Shown piece after piece: positions 9,903-20,100 of a DNA stretch of 56,324 nt. The DNA lies in assembly GCA_016929115.1 (NCBI GenBank), contig JAFGJL010000023.1, positions 1-56,324 of the forward strand, read 5' to 3'. The stretch is from Candidatus Omnitrophota bacterium (GTDB lineage: Bacteria; Omnitrophota; Gorgyraeia; 2-01-FULL-45-10). The notes beneath the pieces were generated by a model. That model was not told the origin of the DNA. It ran no database searches and was given only the letters and a program-made list of their open reading frames with translations. Position 1 is the stretch's first letter. Each line of letters begins with the position of its first letter. The position numbers and the translations under genes were made by a program.

Positions 9903-10315
9903 GATCCTACACAGACCATCTCTGGTTCAATACTAAGAACAGGCGGGAGCTTGTCAATATCACCCCGCAAGTCGCGGAAGCCGTGAAGAAGAGCGGCATC
10001 AAGGAGGGCTTATGCCTGGTGAATGCCATGCACATCACCGCGAGCGTCTTCGTCAATGACGACGAGGGCGGGCTGCACAAGGATTTCATCAGGTGGCTCG
10101 AGAAACTCGCCCCTTACGGCAAAGAGCTCTACGACCATAACCGGACCGGCGAAGATAACGGCGACGCGCATCTTAAACGCACCATAATGGGCAGGGAGGT
10201 CGTCATCGCCGTCACGGGCGGCAAGCTCGATTTCGGGCCATGGGAACAGGTCTTTTACGGCGAATTCGACGGGCAGCGGAAGAAGAGAGTGCTGGTGAAG
10301 GTCATAGGAGAATAG
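9899..10315 (+). CDS. yjbQ: YjbQ/UPF0047 family protein (second paralog)
   Basis: [39 protein letters not shown]; ATGA-coupled start 9899. Confidence 0.9.
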   Translation: MRSYTDHLWFNTKNRRELVNITPQVAEAVKKSGIKEGLCLVNAMHITASVFVNDDEGGLHKDFIRWLEKLAPYGKELYDHNRTGEDNGDAHLKRTIMGREVVIAVTGGKLDFGPWEQVFYGEFDGQRKKRVLVKVIGE

Positions 10316-10316
10316 G

Positions 10317-10700
10317 ATGAAGAAACGTATCTACTATTATGACACCGACTGCGGCGGGGTGGTATATTACGCCAACTATCTGAAATACCTCGAAGAGGCC
10401 AGGACGGAATATTTCGAGAAGAGGGGCATCTTCGTGAAGGACATCTGGGCCAAGGGCATAGGTTTCGTCGTCGCGCGTCAGGAGATCGACTATAAGCTGC
10501 CGGCCGTCTACGATGACGTCCTCGAGATCGATACGCGCGTAAAGAATATCTCACGCGCAAGCGCCGAGTTCGAATACGATATAAGAAATCAGAAGGCCCA
10601 GGTCATTTCCACGGCGAAGACCGTCCTGGTCTTTGTGGACAAGAACCTGAAGCCCAAAGCGATACCCGAGGATATTAAGGCAAAGTTGGCGGCTCATTAA
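10317..10700 (+). CDS. YbgC/FadM family acyl-CoA thioesterase
   Basis: RIYYYDTDCGGVVYYANYLKYLEEARTE hotdog-fold motif. Confidence 0.9.
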   Translation: MKKRIYYYDTDCGGVVYYANYLKYLEEARTEYFEKRGIFVKDIWAKGIGFVVARQEIDYKLPAVYDDVLEIDTRVKNISRASAEFEYDIRNQKAQVISTAKTVLVFVDKNLKPKAIPEDIKAKLAAH

Positions 10701-10705
10701 GCTGT

Positions 10706-10816
10706 AAATTATGAATTATGAATTATAAATTATGAATTGTTGTGTCGCTTCGCGACCTTCTATTAAGGCCCGAAGGGCACCTGAATTCATCATTCATAAT
10801 TAATCATTTATAATTC
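10706..10816 (+). repeat. Structured MITE/REP-like element copy 1: (AATTATG)4 arm, two-hairpin core, (CATAATT)4 arm
   Basis: Read directly from sequence; core hairpins GTCGC-TTC-GCGAC (10744-10756) and GCCC-GAA-GGGC (10768-10778). Confidence 0.9.
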
Positions 10817-10832
10817 AAATAAGAGAAGGTCG

Positions 10833-11942
10833 ATGGAGAGAGATAGCGACAAAGTAAAGCGATATACAAGGATAAAGCACACGGTGGCGATAATCGACAT
10901 CGTGTTCATGATCGTATTGCTCGTGCTTTTCCAGATATCGGGGCTATCCTCGGGACTGCGCTCTTTGATCGCCAGGTCCTTCAATAACCAGCCGCTGCTT
11001 ATCCTCATCTATTCGTTCGTGCTCATCAACGGCTACTTCGTCATAAACATCCCGCTATCTTTCTATAATTCTTATGTTGTTGAACATCGCTTCGGCCTTT
11101 CGAACCAGAGCGCCAAGGCTTGGTTTTCCGACTACTTCAAAGCCGGCTTTCTGAGTGTCGCCCTTTTCATCATCCTCATCGAGGCATTCGCGTATTTCCT
11201 GAGGTCCTATCCGGCTGACTGGTGGTGGATGTGCAGCGTCTTCTGGGTGATCTTGAGCGTCATCATCGCGCGCCTTTTTCCGGTCATCGTCATCCCGCTC
11301 TTCTACAAATACAAGAGGATAGAGAACGAGGAGATGCGCCGCCGCATCCTGGACTTGTCGGCTAAGATGGGCATCAAGGTCCTCGATATATTCCAGATCG
11401 ACATGAGCTCAAAGACAGAAAAGGCCAACGCCGGCCTCGTCGGCCTGGGAAGGACGAAGCGCGTCGTCCTCGGCGATACGCTCGAAGGCAAGTTCTCGCC
11501 GGAGGAGATAGAGGTCATCCTCGCCCACGAGTTCGCCCATTTCCGCTTAAGGCACCTGGTAAAGATAATCGTCCTCAACGCGGCCCTCATCTTCCTCGTC
11601 TTTTATATCTTCTTCAGGTTCGGCCATATCGTCTTCGATCCTTTAGGCGTGAGGATGTCCGACATAGCGGGCCTTCCGCTTTGGATACTCCTCTTCACCG
11701 TATGGCAGATCGCGCTTACGCCTATGCTCAACTGGATAAGCCGCGGCATGGAGAGGAACGCCGATAAGATGGCGCTTGCCTTCACGGGGAAGAAGGACGA
11801 ATTCATATCGATGATGGAGAAGCTGGCAGAACAGAACCTGTCTGAGCGTAAACCGCCCTTATGGATAAAGATATTCTTCTACGACCATCCGCCGGTGGAA
11901 GAGCGGGTGGCGTGCGCGAGAGAGTTTGAAGGGAAACAATGA
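10833..11942 (+). CDS. M48 family (Ste24-like) membrane zinc metalloprotease
   Basis: Multiple TM segments, [14 protein letters not shown] (HExxH), [13 protein letters not shown]. Confidence 0.92.
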   Translation: MERDSDKVKRYTRIKHTVAIIDIVFMIVLLVLFQISGLSSGLRSLIARSFNNQPLLILIYSFVLINGYFVINIPLSFYNSYVVEHRFGLSNQSAKAWFSDYFKAGFLSVALFIILIEAFAYFLRSYPADWWWMCSVFWVILSVIIARLFPVIVIPLFYKYKRIENEEMRRRILDLSAKMGIKVLDIFQIDMSSKTEKANAGLVGLGRTKRVVLGDTLEGKFSPEEIEVILAHEFAHFRLRHLVKIIVLNAALIFLVFYIFFRFGHIVFDPLGVRMSDIAGLPLWILLFTVWQIALTPMLNWISRGMERNADKMALAFTGKKDEFISMMEKLAEQNLSERKPPLWIKIFFYDHPPVEERVACAREFEGKQ

Positions 11943-12877
11943 AGATACGCGATTGCGAGATAAAAATAGTCCAGGGCGATATCACGGAGCTGAAGGTCGA
12001 CGCTATCGTCAACGCGGCCAATAACAAGCTTGTGATGGGCGGCGGAGTGGCCGGCGCCATAAAGCGGAAAGGCGGCAGCCGCATCGAGGACGAGGCCGTT
12101 AAAAAAGGCCCGATAGAGATAGGCGGCGCTATCGCCACAGGCGCGGGAAAGCTTGACGCGAAATACGTCATACATGCCGCGACGATGGATATGACCTTCA
12201 GGACCGACGAGCATAAGATAAGGAATTCCTGCAGGAGCGCGCTTAAGGTGGCGGAGGGCCTGAAGATCAAGTCGATAGCGTTTCCCGCGCTGGGCTGCGG
12301 CACGGGCGGTTTTCCGCCGCTTGCCTCGGCTAAAATAATGGCGCAGGAGGCCTTCAGGCACCTGCGTGAAGAAAAGACGGCCCTAAAAGAGGTCGTTTTT
12401 TGCCTTTACGACAAAGAGTCTTATGACGTCTTCCGGAAGGGCGCCATCGGATATCTCGAACATCTGACCGATGTCATCCAGTGGGGCCCGTTCGTGACCG
12501 TCGATGCTATCATAGAAACGGCCGAGGGCGTTGTCATCATAAAGAGGAGCAATCCGCCGTTCGGCTGGGCGCTTCCGGGCGGTTTCGTCGATTACGGAGA
12601 GACGCTGGAAGACGCTGTCACGAGAGAGGCGAAAGAGGAGACGGGCCTAACCTTGGAGGACCTGAAGCAATTCCACACTTATTCAAAGCCGGGCCGCGAC
12701 CCCAGGTTCCACACCATAACCACGGTCTTCACAGCGAAGGCGAAGGGTAAGCCGAAAGCGGGTGACGACGCAGGCCAGGCAAAGGTCATCCCGCTGAGCG
12801 ATATAGGCAAGATGGAATTCGCGTTCGATCACAGGCAGGTGTTGGAGGATTACGTTCGGAAAAATTATGAATTATGA
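11939..12877 (+). CDS. Macro domain-Nudix hydrolase fusion
   Basis: [26 protein letters not shown] (macro) and Nudix box [24 protein letters not shown]. Confidence 0.92.
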   Translation: MKIRDCEIKIVQGDITELKVDAIVNAANNKLVMGGGVAGAIKRKGGSRIEDEAVKKGPIEIGGAIATGAGKLDAKYVIHAATMDMTFRTDEHKIRNSCRSALKVAEGLKIKSIAFPALGCGTGGFPPLASAKIMAQEAFRHLREEKTALKEVVFCLYDKESYDVFRKGAIGYLEHLTDVIQWGPFVTVDAIIETAEGVVIIKRSNPPFGWALPGGFVDYGETLEDAVTREAKEETGLTLEDLKQFHTYSKPGRDPRFHTITTVFTAKAKGKPKAGDDAGQAKVIPLSDIGKMEFAFDHRQVLEDYVRKNYEL

Positions 12878-12972
12878 ATGATAAATTATGAATTATGGTG
12901 CCCTTCGGGCCTGAATATAAAGGTCGCGAAGCGACACATCAATTCATAATTCATAATTCATAATTTATTATT
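12862..12972 (-). repeat. Structured MITE/REP-like element copy 2, inverted relative to copy 1
   Basis: (AATTATG)5, GCCC-TTC-GGGC, GTCGC-GAA-GCGAC, (CATAATT)3-4; reverse complement of the core matches copy 1. Confidence 0.9.
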
Positions 12973-12975
12973 GAC

Positions 12976-14850
12976 TCATCCCTCCCTTAGCTGCTTCTCC
13001 GCATCCACAATATCCCGATTGATGAGCCGCAGGGCGTTCTTGATCCTATCCTTCAGCATGGGGGAGATCGGGGTATCGTTTATCTCCCGCAGTATCTGTA
13101 TCGCCATCCTGAAATACCGCACCAGTTCGCCCTCGTCCGTATCGGTCCATTGCCCGAGTTTATTGAACTGCTCGCCGCGCATCCAGTGCTCCATAGCCTG
13201 CGCAAGATGAAAATAGGGCGGCTTGGCTATAGGGTATATCCTGCCCCGCACCTCGCGGTGCCTTATCCTGTTGTAGGTCCCCTCGCACGTGCTCTGAAGC
13301 CGGCGGTGCGATTTCGATACGTTCAAAAGCCGCTGGTTCTTGCGTGGCTCGAAGACTGTTGCCATGGCCATCACGCCGAGCGATATCTCATCGAGTTGTT
13401 CGAAGACGCCTTCTGAATAAAGTTCAGAAAGCAGGAGCTCATACCCGTAGACCGCTTTAGCGAAGAGCCCCTTGCCGGTCAGGGCCCTGCTCTCTATGTA
13501 GCCCCATTCCCTGAGGAGGCCGAGCTTCGCCTCCATAAGGCGCAGCGCCTCTTTCTGGTGCTGCTTGCCCGACTGGAAATAATGCAGGGAAAGGGGATAG
13601 ACCGTGAAGAGGTCATCCTTGTATTTTTCATAGAGGTTCAGGATCGTAGCGTAAGAGGTGTTGAACTGGCTCTTTACCTCCTCGGGCTTTCCGTAGACCA
13701 CGCGCTTCACCTCGTCAAACTTCACCCGGTGCGGGTTTATCCGGCAGTAGACGAAGCCTTCGGTATCGATGCCGCGCCTGCCGGCGCGGCCGGCCATCTG
13801 GTAGAAGTCGCGCGTTTTCAGGACGCGAGTGTAGCGGCCGTAGAACTTCAGGAAGTCGTCGAATATAACGGTGCGGCTTGGCATGTTGATGCCGAGGGCA
13901 AAGGTCTCTGTCGTGAATATCACCTTCAATAGGCGGCTCGTGAAGAGCCGCTCGATGACCTCTTTAAGCGTCGGGAGCATGCCGGCGTGGTGGAACGCGA
14001 TGCCGCGGCTGATCAGATGGAGCATGTCCCTGGCGCTGCGCTCGGTCTTAAGCTCGTAGCGCTCGCAGAGCGCGTCGTAGAGGGCGAGTATCCTGTCCTG
14101 CTCCTCCTGCGTCAGGAAGTTGATGTTGTATAGTTCCTCCGCGAGATATTCGGCGCGCTTCCTGCCGAAAACGAAGTAGATGCAGGGAAGGCCGCCCTCG
14201 CGCCTGATATAGCTGATGAGCGATGTCAATTTATTCGGCTGCCACCGCTTGACGCGTTTAAGCGCATCGATATTGTCCGCGAGCTGGTTATGGCACTGGT
14301 AGAAGAAATGCAGCGGCACCGGGCGCTTGTCCTCGATGACCGTCTTGATCGGCTTCTTGTGGATAGTCTCGATCCAGCGCGCGAAGTTCTTTATGTTCGG
14401 TATGGTCGCGGAGAGGCAGAGTATCTTCATGTGCTGCGGCAAGAATATGAGCGACTCCTCCCAGACCGAGCCGCGCTCCGGGTTGTCGATATAATGGACC
14501 TCGTCGAATATGACCCACTGGTAACGCGACAGGCTCTCGGGCTGCTCGAGGATCTTGTTGCGGAATATCTCGGTCGTCATGATGAGGACCGGCGCGTTCT
14601 GGTTGAGCGAGACGTCGCCGGTCAGTATGCCGATGCGGTCCGGGAACTGGACCTGGAAGTCGCGGAACTTCTGGTTGGAGAGCGCCTTGATAGGCGCGGT
14701 GTATATGACGCCGACGTCGCCGCGTATGCATGTGTCGATGACGTGCTCGGCGATGGCGGTCTTGCCGGCTCCTGTCGGCGCGGAGACGATGACCGAGTAG
14801 CCCTCGTTTATGTGGTCTATCGCCTCCTGTTGGAACCTGTCGTATATCAT
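12976..14850 (-). CDS. Ski2-like DEAD/DEAH box RNA helicase (HelY-like)
   Basis: APTGAGKT, DEVH, SAT, QMAGRAGRRG, DSHCT-like C-terminus; start at 14850 (MIYDRFQQEA). Confidence 0.92.
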   Translation of the reverse strand: MIYDRFQQEAIDHINEGYSVIVSAPTGAGKTAIAEHVIDTCIRGDVGVIYTAPIKALSNQKFRDFQVQFPDRIGILTGDVSLNQNAPVLIMTTEIFRNKILEQPESLSRYQWVIFDEVHYIDNPERGSVWEESLIFLPQHMKILCLSATIPNIKNFARWIETIHKKPIKTVIEDKRPVPLHFFYQCHNQLADNIDALKRVKRWQPNKLTSLISYIRREGGLPCIYFVFGRKRAEYLAEELYNINFLTQEEQDRILALYDALCERYELKTERSARDMLHLISRGIAFHHAGMLPTLKEVIERLFTSRLLKVIFTTETFALGINMPSRTVIFDDFLKFYGRYTRVLKTRDFYQMAGRAGRRGIDTEGFVYCRINPHRVKFDEVKRVVYGKPEEVKSQFNTSYATILNLYEKYKDDLFTVYPLSLHYFQSGKQHQKEALRLMEAKLGLLREWGYIESRALTGKGLFAKAVYGYELLLSELYSEGVFEQLDEISLGVMAMATVFEPRKNQRLLNVSKSHRRLQSTCEGTYNRIRHREVRGRIYPIAKPPYFHLAQAMEHWMRGEQFNKLGQWTDTDEGELVRYFRMAIQILREINDTPISPMLKDRIKNALRLINRDIVDAEKQLREG

Positions 14851-14856
14851 AGGAGT

Positions 14857-14885
14857 ATTATAGTCTAACTGCGACCAAATGTAAA
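14857..14885 (-). promoter_or_regulatory. sigma70 promoter of helicase (leaderless)
   Basis: Minus strand TTTACA-N17-TATAAT with ATG 6 nt downstream. Confidence 0.7.
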
Positions 14886-14904
14886 TGAGGCCTGTCTGCA
14901 TGCC

Positions 14905-14935
14905 GAGAAAATGGGGACAGACCCTATTTTTCCCC
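14905..14935. repeat. REP-like palindrome, copy B, between divergent genes
   Basis: GAGAAAATGGGGACAGACCCTATTTTTCCCC; reverse complement closely matches copy A. Confidence 0.75.
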
Positions 14936-14976
14936 ATATGGAAATTTAAAAAATGCGGTATAATATGACTATTACT

Positions 14977-16947
14977 ATGGATAATATCATCCAAAAGCTC
15001 AAGCCTGTCGCGCCATTCATATTGCTGGCGGCGCTTGTCATAGGCGTCTACGCCAATTCCATCCACGGCAAGTTCCTGCTAGATGACAACATCCTCATAA
15101 AGGACAACGATTACATAAAGAGCTTCTCGCACGTGCCGAAAGTCTTCACTACTGACATGGGCGGCACATCCGGGTATGTCTATAAGTTTTACCGGCCCAT
15201 ACAGATGGTGGTCCACATGTCGCAGTACCACCTCTGGAAATTCGACGTGCGCTTCTACCACATGACGAGCATCCTCTTCCATATCCTCGTCGTCTTCGCG
15301 CTCTACCGGCTGATCAATATACTCTTCAAGGACGGCATCCTCGCGCTCTTCACCGCCGTGCTTTACGCCGTGCACCCCATACATTCCGAATCCGTCGCGG
15401 CCATTTCCGTCATAGGCGATCCTATAGTCGCGCTATTCATGCTCCTTTCGCTCAGCTTTTACATAAAACAGTTGGATGAGCCCCGTCCGGGGACGTATTT
15501 TCTGCTGTATTTGACCTTTCTTCTCGCGCTCTTCTCGAAGGAGAGCGGTCTCATGCTCTTAGGCTTGTTCCTGGCCTACCATTTCACCTTCCGGAAGAAG
15601 ATAAAGGTCCTGCCCCTCATGATCCTCGCCGCTATCACCGCCTTCTATCTTCTTTTCCGCATATTTTTCTTTAAGGCGGCTAAAACAGCTCCGCCCGACA
15701 TGTCGCTGGGCGGTATCGCTGCGAGGATACCGGGCATATTCGTCGCCATAGCCGGTTATATGCGGATACTTATCGCGCCCTTCGGCCTTCACATGGGGCA
15801 TGAACACGTATTGTTCAAGATGACAGACCCGGCGGCCATAACAGGCCTTGCCATAGTCATCGCATTGGCGGCCTTCGCCTTCATGGCATGGCGGAAAAAC
15901 AATACGCTGGTCCTTTTCGCGACCGCCTGGTCATTCATAACGCTCTTACCGGTATCGAACCTCTACCCGATATCTTTTTACATGGCCGACCATTACCTAT
16001 ACCTGGCTTCGATCGGCTTTTTCCTCCTCGTGGCGAAGGCGCTCCGCTCGGCTTATGATAAACAGCAATTAAAAAAATACGCTATCGCCGCGCTGGTGAT
16101 ATTGACGGCATTTTATTCCGTCCGCACCATGCAGCAGAACGGTTACTGGAAAGACGCGCGCACTTTTTACGAAAGGACGTTGAAATACACGCCGACGAGC
16201 GGCCGCTCATACAATAATCTGGGCAATGAATACCTGCTCGCCAACGATCTCGAAAAGGCGGCGGAATTTTACAGGAAAGCGATCGCGGCGGATCCGCGTT
16301 TCATGATGTCATATTACAATCTCGGCGTCGTGAGCTATAAGCTCGGGAAGATGGAAGACGCCATATGGTACTGCCAAAGGGCGATAGAGCTGGATCCCAA
16401 CTATCCGCATTCCTACAATGAACTGGGCCTGATATATTGGGCCATGGGCAAAAAGGACGAAGCGATAGCCGCTTACAAAACGGCGATATCGCTCTCTCCG
16501 AATCCGGTAACGTTCCGCAACCTGGCTATGGCCTATAGCGAACTCAATATGAGGGAGGAAGCCGTATGGGCCCTTAAAAAAGCCCTGGAGATAGATCCGA
16601 ACGCGGCCGACATCCATATGCGGTTGGGCTTCATTTATTTAACTATGGGCAGGAACGAAGATGCTGTCTTGGCTTATTCGAAGGCTATATCCCTTCGCCC
16701 TGACAATGTCGCTGCCATGAACGACCTCGGCGTCATCTATTTCCAGGGCGGCATGCGCGAGAAGGGGATAGACTTGATAAGGAAAGCTATATCGATAAAG
16801 CCCGACTATGCAGCGGCGCACGCGAATCTCGGCCTTATGTATCTTGAGAGCGGCAGGATGGAAGAGGCGACGGCGGCGTTCAAAAGAGCGCTGGAGACAG
16901 ATCCTGCGAATAAGCAAGCCCAAGACGGCCTTTCGAAAATAAAATAA
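14977..16947 (+). CDS. TMTC-like GT-C membrane glycosyltransferase with C-terminal TPR array
   Basis: LLDDN..I..N, FYRP, HPIHSESV, SKE, DHYLY motifs, many TM segments, ~8 TPRs (YNNLG, YYNLG, HANLG); start uncertain (14953/14965/14977). Confidence 0.8.
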   Translation: MDNIIQKLKPVAPFILLAALVIGVYANSIHGKFLLDDNILIKDNDYIKSFSHVPKVFTTDMGGTSGYVYKFYRPIQMVVHMSQYHLWKFDVRFYHMTSILFHILVVFALYRLINILFKDGILALFTAVLYAVHPIHSESVAAISVIGDPIVALFMLLSLSFYIKQLDEPRPGTYFLLYLTFLLALFSKESGLMLLGLFLAYHFTFRKKIKVLPLMILAAITAFYLLFRIFFFKAAKTAPPDMSLGGIAARIPGIFVAIAGYMRILIAPFGLHMGHEHVLFKMTDPAAITGLAIVIALAAFAFMAWRKNNTLVLFATAWSFITLLPVSNLYPISFYMADHYLYLASIGFFLLVAKALRSAYDKQQLKKYAIAALVILTAFYSVRTMQQNGYWKDARTFYERTLKYTPTSGRSYNNLGNEYLLANDLEKAAEFYRKAIAADPRFMMSYYNLGVVSYKLGKMEDAIWYCQRAIELDPNYPHSYNELGLIYWAMGKKDEAIAAYKTAISLSPNPVTFRNLAMAYSELNMREEAVWALKKALEIDPNAADIHMRLGFIYLTMGRNEDAVLAYSKAISLRPDNVAAMNDLGVIYFQGGMREKGIDLIRKAISIKPDYAAAHANLGLMYLESGRMEEATAAFKRALETDPANKQAQDGLSKIK

Positions 16948-16959
16948 ATTTTTGTCACC

Positions 16960-16987
16960 AGTTCCCGGCCGGGGCGGGAACTTTTTT
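16960..16987 (+). terminator. Rho-independent terminator
   Basis: AGTTCCCG-7 nt loop-CGGGAACT followed by a T run. Confidence 0.8.
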
Positions 16988-17028
16988 ATGCCCAAAATGT
17001 TAGGATACAAAAAAGCTAAATCTTTGAG

Positions 17029-17056
17029 TTGACTAAATTTTATTATATGTTAAACT
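17029..17056 (+). promoter_or_regulatory. sigma70-type promoter of giant gene
   Basis: TTGACT-N16-TAAACT with TGn extension in an AT-rich intergenic region. Confidence 0.55.
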
Positions 17057-17103
17057 TATAACAAGTTATATTTTCAATATTTTGATAGTATTAACATATA
17101 ATT

Positions 17104-20100
17104 ATGAGAAAATCCCTTACTTATATAAGACCTATCGCGCTACTCCTCGTTATCACTTTTCTCCTACAGGATATCGTCTGGGCAAATCCTGATATTATCC
17201 AGAGGAACGCCTGCTCCGCGTCCACTTTAGCTGTCCCCAATCGTCACACCGATATCGCCGGCATGGAACTTCGCGTCCAGAACCTGCTGGGGTTCTCCTT
17301 CAAGTATATCCTCGAAAGCACCGATATCTCGAAATTCAACCTCCGCCTCATGCCGGACGTTGATGGCACCCAGCTTGTGCTTGATTTTAATGAGAAGCAT
17401 AAGGAGGGGGAGGATTGGGTGGTGCCGTGTCTGGCCACGGACGAACATGGCGGCTCGTGGAGATATGAGGCGGTCGTGGCGCCTGACAATAAGTCCTTTA
17501 TACTGCGCAAACCCGGCGAGAAGACAATACCAGTCATCGCTCCGTTAGAGGCTGGCAAAATAGCCGCGCCTGATACTATCCGGAAAGGCGAAACAACCGA
17601 ACCGGATGCCGAAGCCGTTCTTACCGCTTCACTGAAAGAGCAGATACGAAAATACTTCTCACACGTTTCCGCGAGCCTCGTGCTATTCGCGGCCACGTCG
17701 CATGATGCCCTTGCCGGAGTCGCGGAAAACGCCGGTTCAGGCACGCTGCGCGCGCTTACCATAGCGACGCTTACCATCCTCATCATAGGCATCGCGGCGG
17801 CAATAACCATCATCTGGAGGATTTCTTATGCGAAGAAGTCCGTCAGGAAGAGGGATGATGGCGATGACGCGTATACTTTAGGCCAGGTGAAGAGGGCCCT
17901 TAATGTGTACGGCATACCCTCATCAAGATTCTTGTTGGGATGTATCAATAACGACCCGGAAGCGCTTGAGCAGCTTCCGGACCTCTCTCCGCAAAACAAT
18001 GCCAACCAGAGAAGATTGTATCTGGCGATCCTGACCGAGCTAAAGGCCGCTTTCCCCGAAGCGGATATCGGTACCGGCAATATCGAAGATGCCGCATTTA
18101 TCGCCTTCAGGAAGATATGCGACAACGAGATGAGCTACGATAATCCCATGTCTCCAAAATTCTTCCCCACCATAATAAATGTCCCGAAGGCGGGGCTGGC
18201 GCCGATAATGCAGAGCCGCTTCCCGTATAGGGGGAAGATCAAGGGCTTTTCACGCAAAGGCCCCAGACCCAGCGGTAAGGGCTCGATGGGCGCGGTCGAC
18301 AACAGATTGCTCGTGGCCATGGCCGCCGTTACCGCGTTGATAGCAGGATCGATCGCGATAGGGATGGCGATCCGGAAGATTTCCGGGGAACCGTCCCGGC
18401 CGCAGCTTGAGGCGCCAAGAGAGCCGGTAAAACCGGCTGCGGAAAAGATAAATGCGCTTGACCTTAATGTCGTTAAGCGCGTGGTCGATGGAGACACCGT
18501 TGAATTGGAAGACGGGGCTAAGGTGCGTTTTATCGGCATCGATACGCCGGAATCCCGCATGTCGCCGAAGCTTCGTAAGGATGCGGAAAGGAGCGGCCAG
18601 GATACGAAGACGATAATGGCTATGGGCAAGAAGGCCGCCGAATTTACACGCAAGCTCGTAGAAGGAAAGAAAGTGCGGCTTGAGTTCGATGTCGAAAGGA
18701 CCGACAGGTACGGCCGTACGCTCGCCTACATATATCTTGAGGACGGCACGTTCGTCAACGCCGAGATAATAAAACAGGGTTACGCTAGCGTCATGACGGT
18801 ACCGCCGAATGTAAGGCACGCCGACGAATTCCTGAAACTATACCGCGAGGCGAGGGAGAACAGCCGCGGCCTCTGGGCGCCTGAGCCCGTTCCCGGCCAA
18901 AAGCCCGAAAAACCGCCCGCGGGCCCGCTGGGTATCATCATAGGAATGATCAGGAAAAGGGAGGAGCGCGGCGACCGCTCTAAGGGAAGATCGAAAAAGA
19001 AGATGTCCGGAGGGGACGGAGACGCGTCCGACAGCGACAAGCCGCTCAGACAGAAGGAGCTCGCGGATATGCTCGCTGCCGGTGACCCAAATACCGTATT
19101 GGACAACATCCTCGAACAAGGCGACGACCGCATGATACTGGCGATCCTTGAATATGCCTCGGATGCCGGGATCGCCGCGGAACTTGTCTCGAAACTGGAC
19201 GGCCGGATGGCAGGCCTGCGCACGCGCACTGTCGGAGCGCTTCTGGAAAGCCTTGTGAGAGAAAAAGAATGGTTATTGGCCTGGGAGGCTGTAAAGCGTT
19301 ACAAACTGGACAATGTCCGTCATCCTGTCTTTGAGAAGATAAGGGCTATATACGCGAAGATGCCGCGCGATACCGTAAAGAGCGATAGGGATAGCGCCGG
19401 TTCCGGCTTGTCGGAAAAGATCCGTAAGAAGGTCATAGAATTACGCGGGCTGAGGCATCAACTGGTCCAATTGGCGTCCGACCTGGAAGTATGCGAGGAG
19501 GAACCCTATAGTTTCGACATAAGTAATGACGCGTATACCCGGCGCAGCACCGTCACCACGCTCATTATGGTCCTGAAGTACCTGAAGAAGGAAGAAATTA
19601 CAAAGGAAGTCCTGCGTGAAATAGATGTTTGCCGCGAGGCCCTTTCGCGCGCCGCTCCTTTATTGAAGATGACCGTGGAGGTGCAAAAATTCACGGAAGG
19701 GATGGTCGGCAAGGAAGACGCGCTAAAAGCGATAGCGGTCAGGAACATGATGAAGGAGATGGAGCAGGCGCTGAAGCTCTGCGAAAAATTCGTTCCCGGC
19801 GAATCGCCCGATATGGCGGCGGTCTCGGCCCTCCATGAAGACCGCAACAGGCGCCTCGCCGAGCTCATTTGGGATAACAAAGTATATAAGATAGCCGACG
19901 GCCGCGTATCCGCGCTGCTCTACGAAAAGAGCGAATTCGGCTCTTTCGGCGAGCGGCTGAGATACCTGCGCCACCGCCTTGCCCAGAAGATAAGGATCCC
20001 GTTCGCCGACCTCGGCATCTGGTGGACCGTGGCGCGCCGGTTGAAGCGCATCCGCCAAAAGGACGGCGTCCTGGAGAAGATGGCGGACAGCCAGAAACTC

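Noticed and set aside
10706-12972. Heptamer repeats as a CRISPR array or integron attC sites
   Set aside because: No repeat-spacer periodicity, no cas genes, no RYYYAAC/GTTRRRY ends and no integrase
14851-15066. 72-aa N-terminal extension of the helicase in the ORF track
   Set aside because: It overlaps the divergent TPR gene and reads through a promoter and the palindrome; the real start is likely 14850
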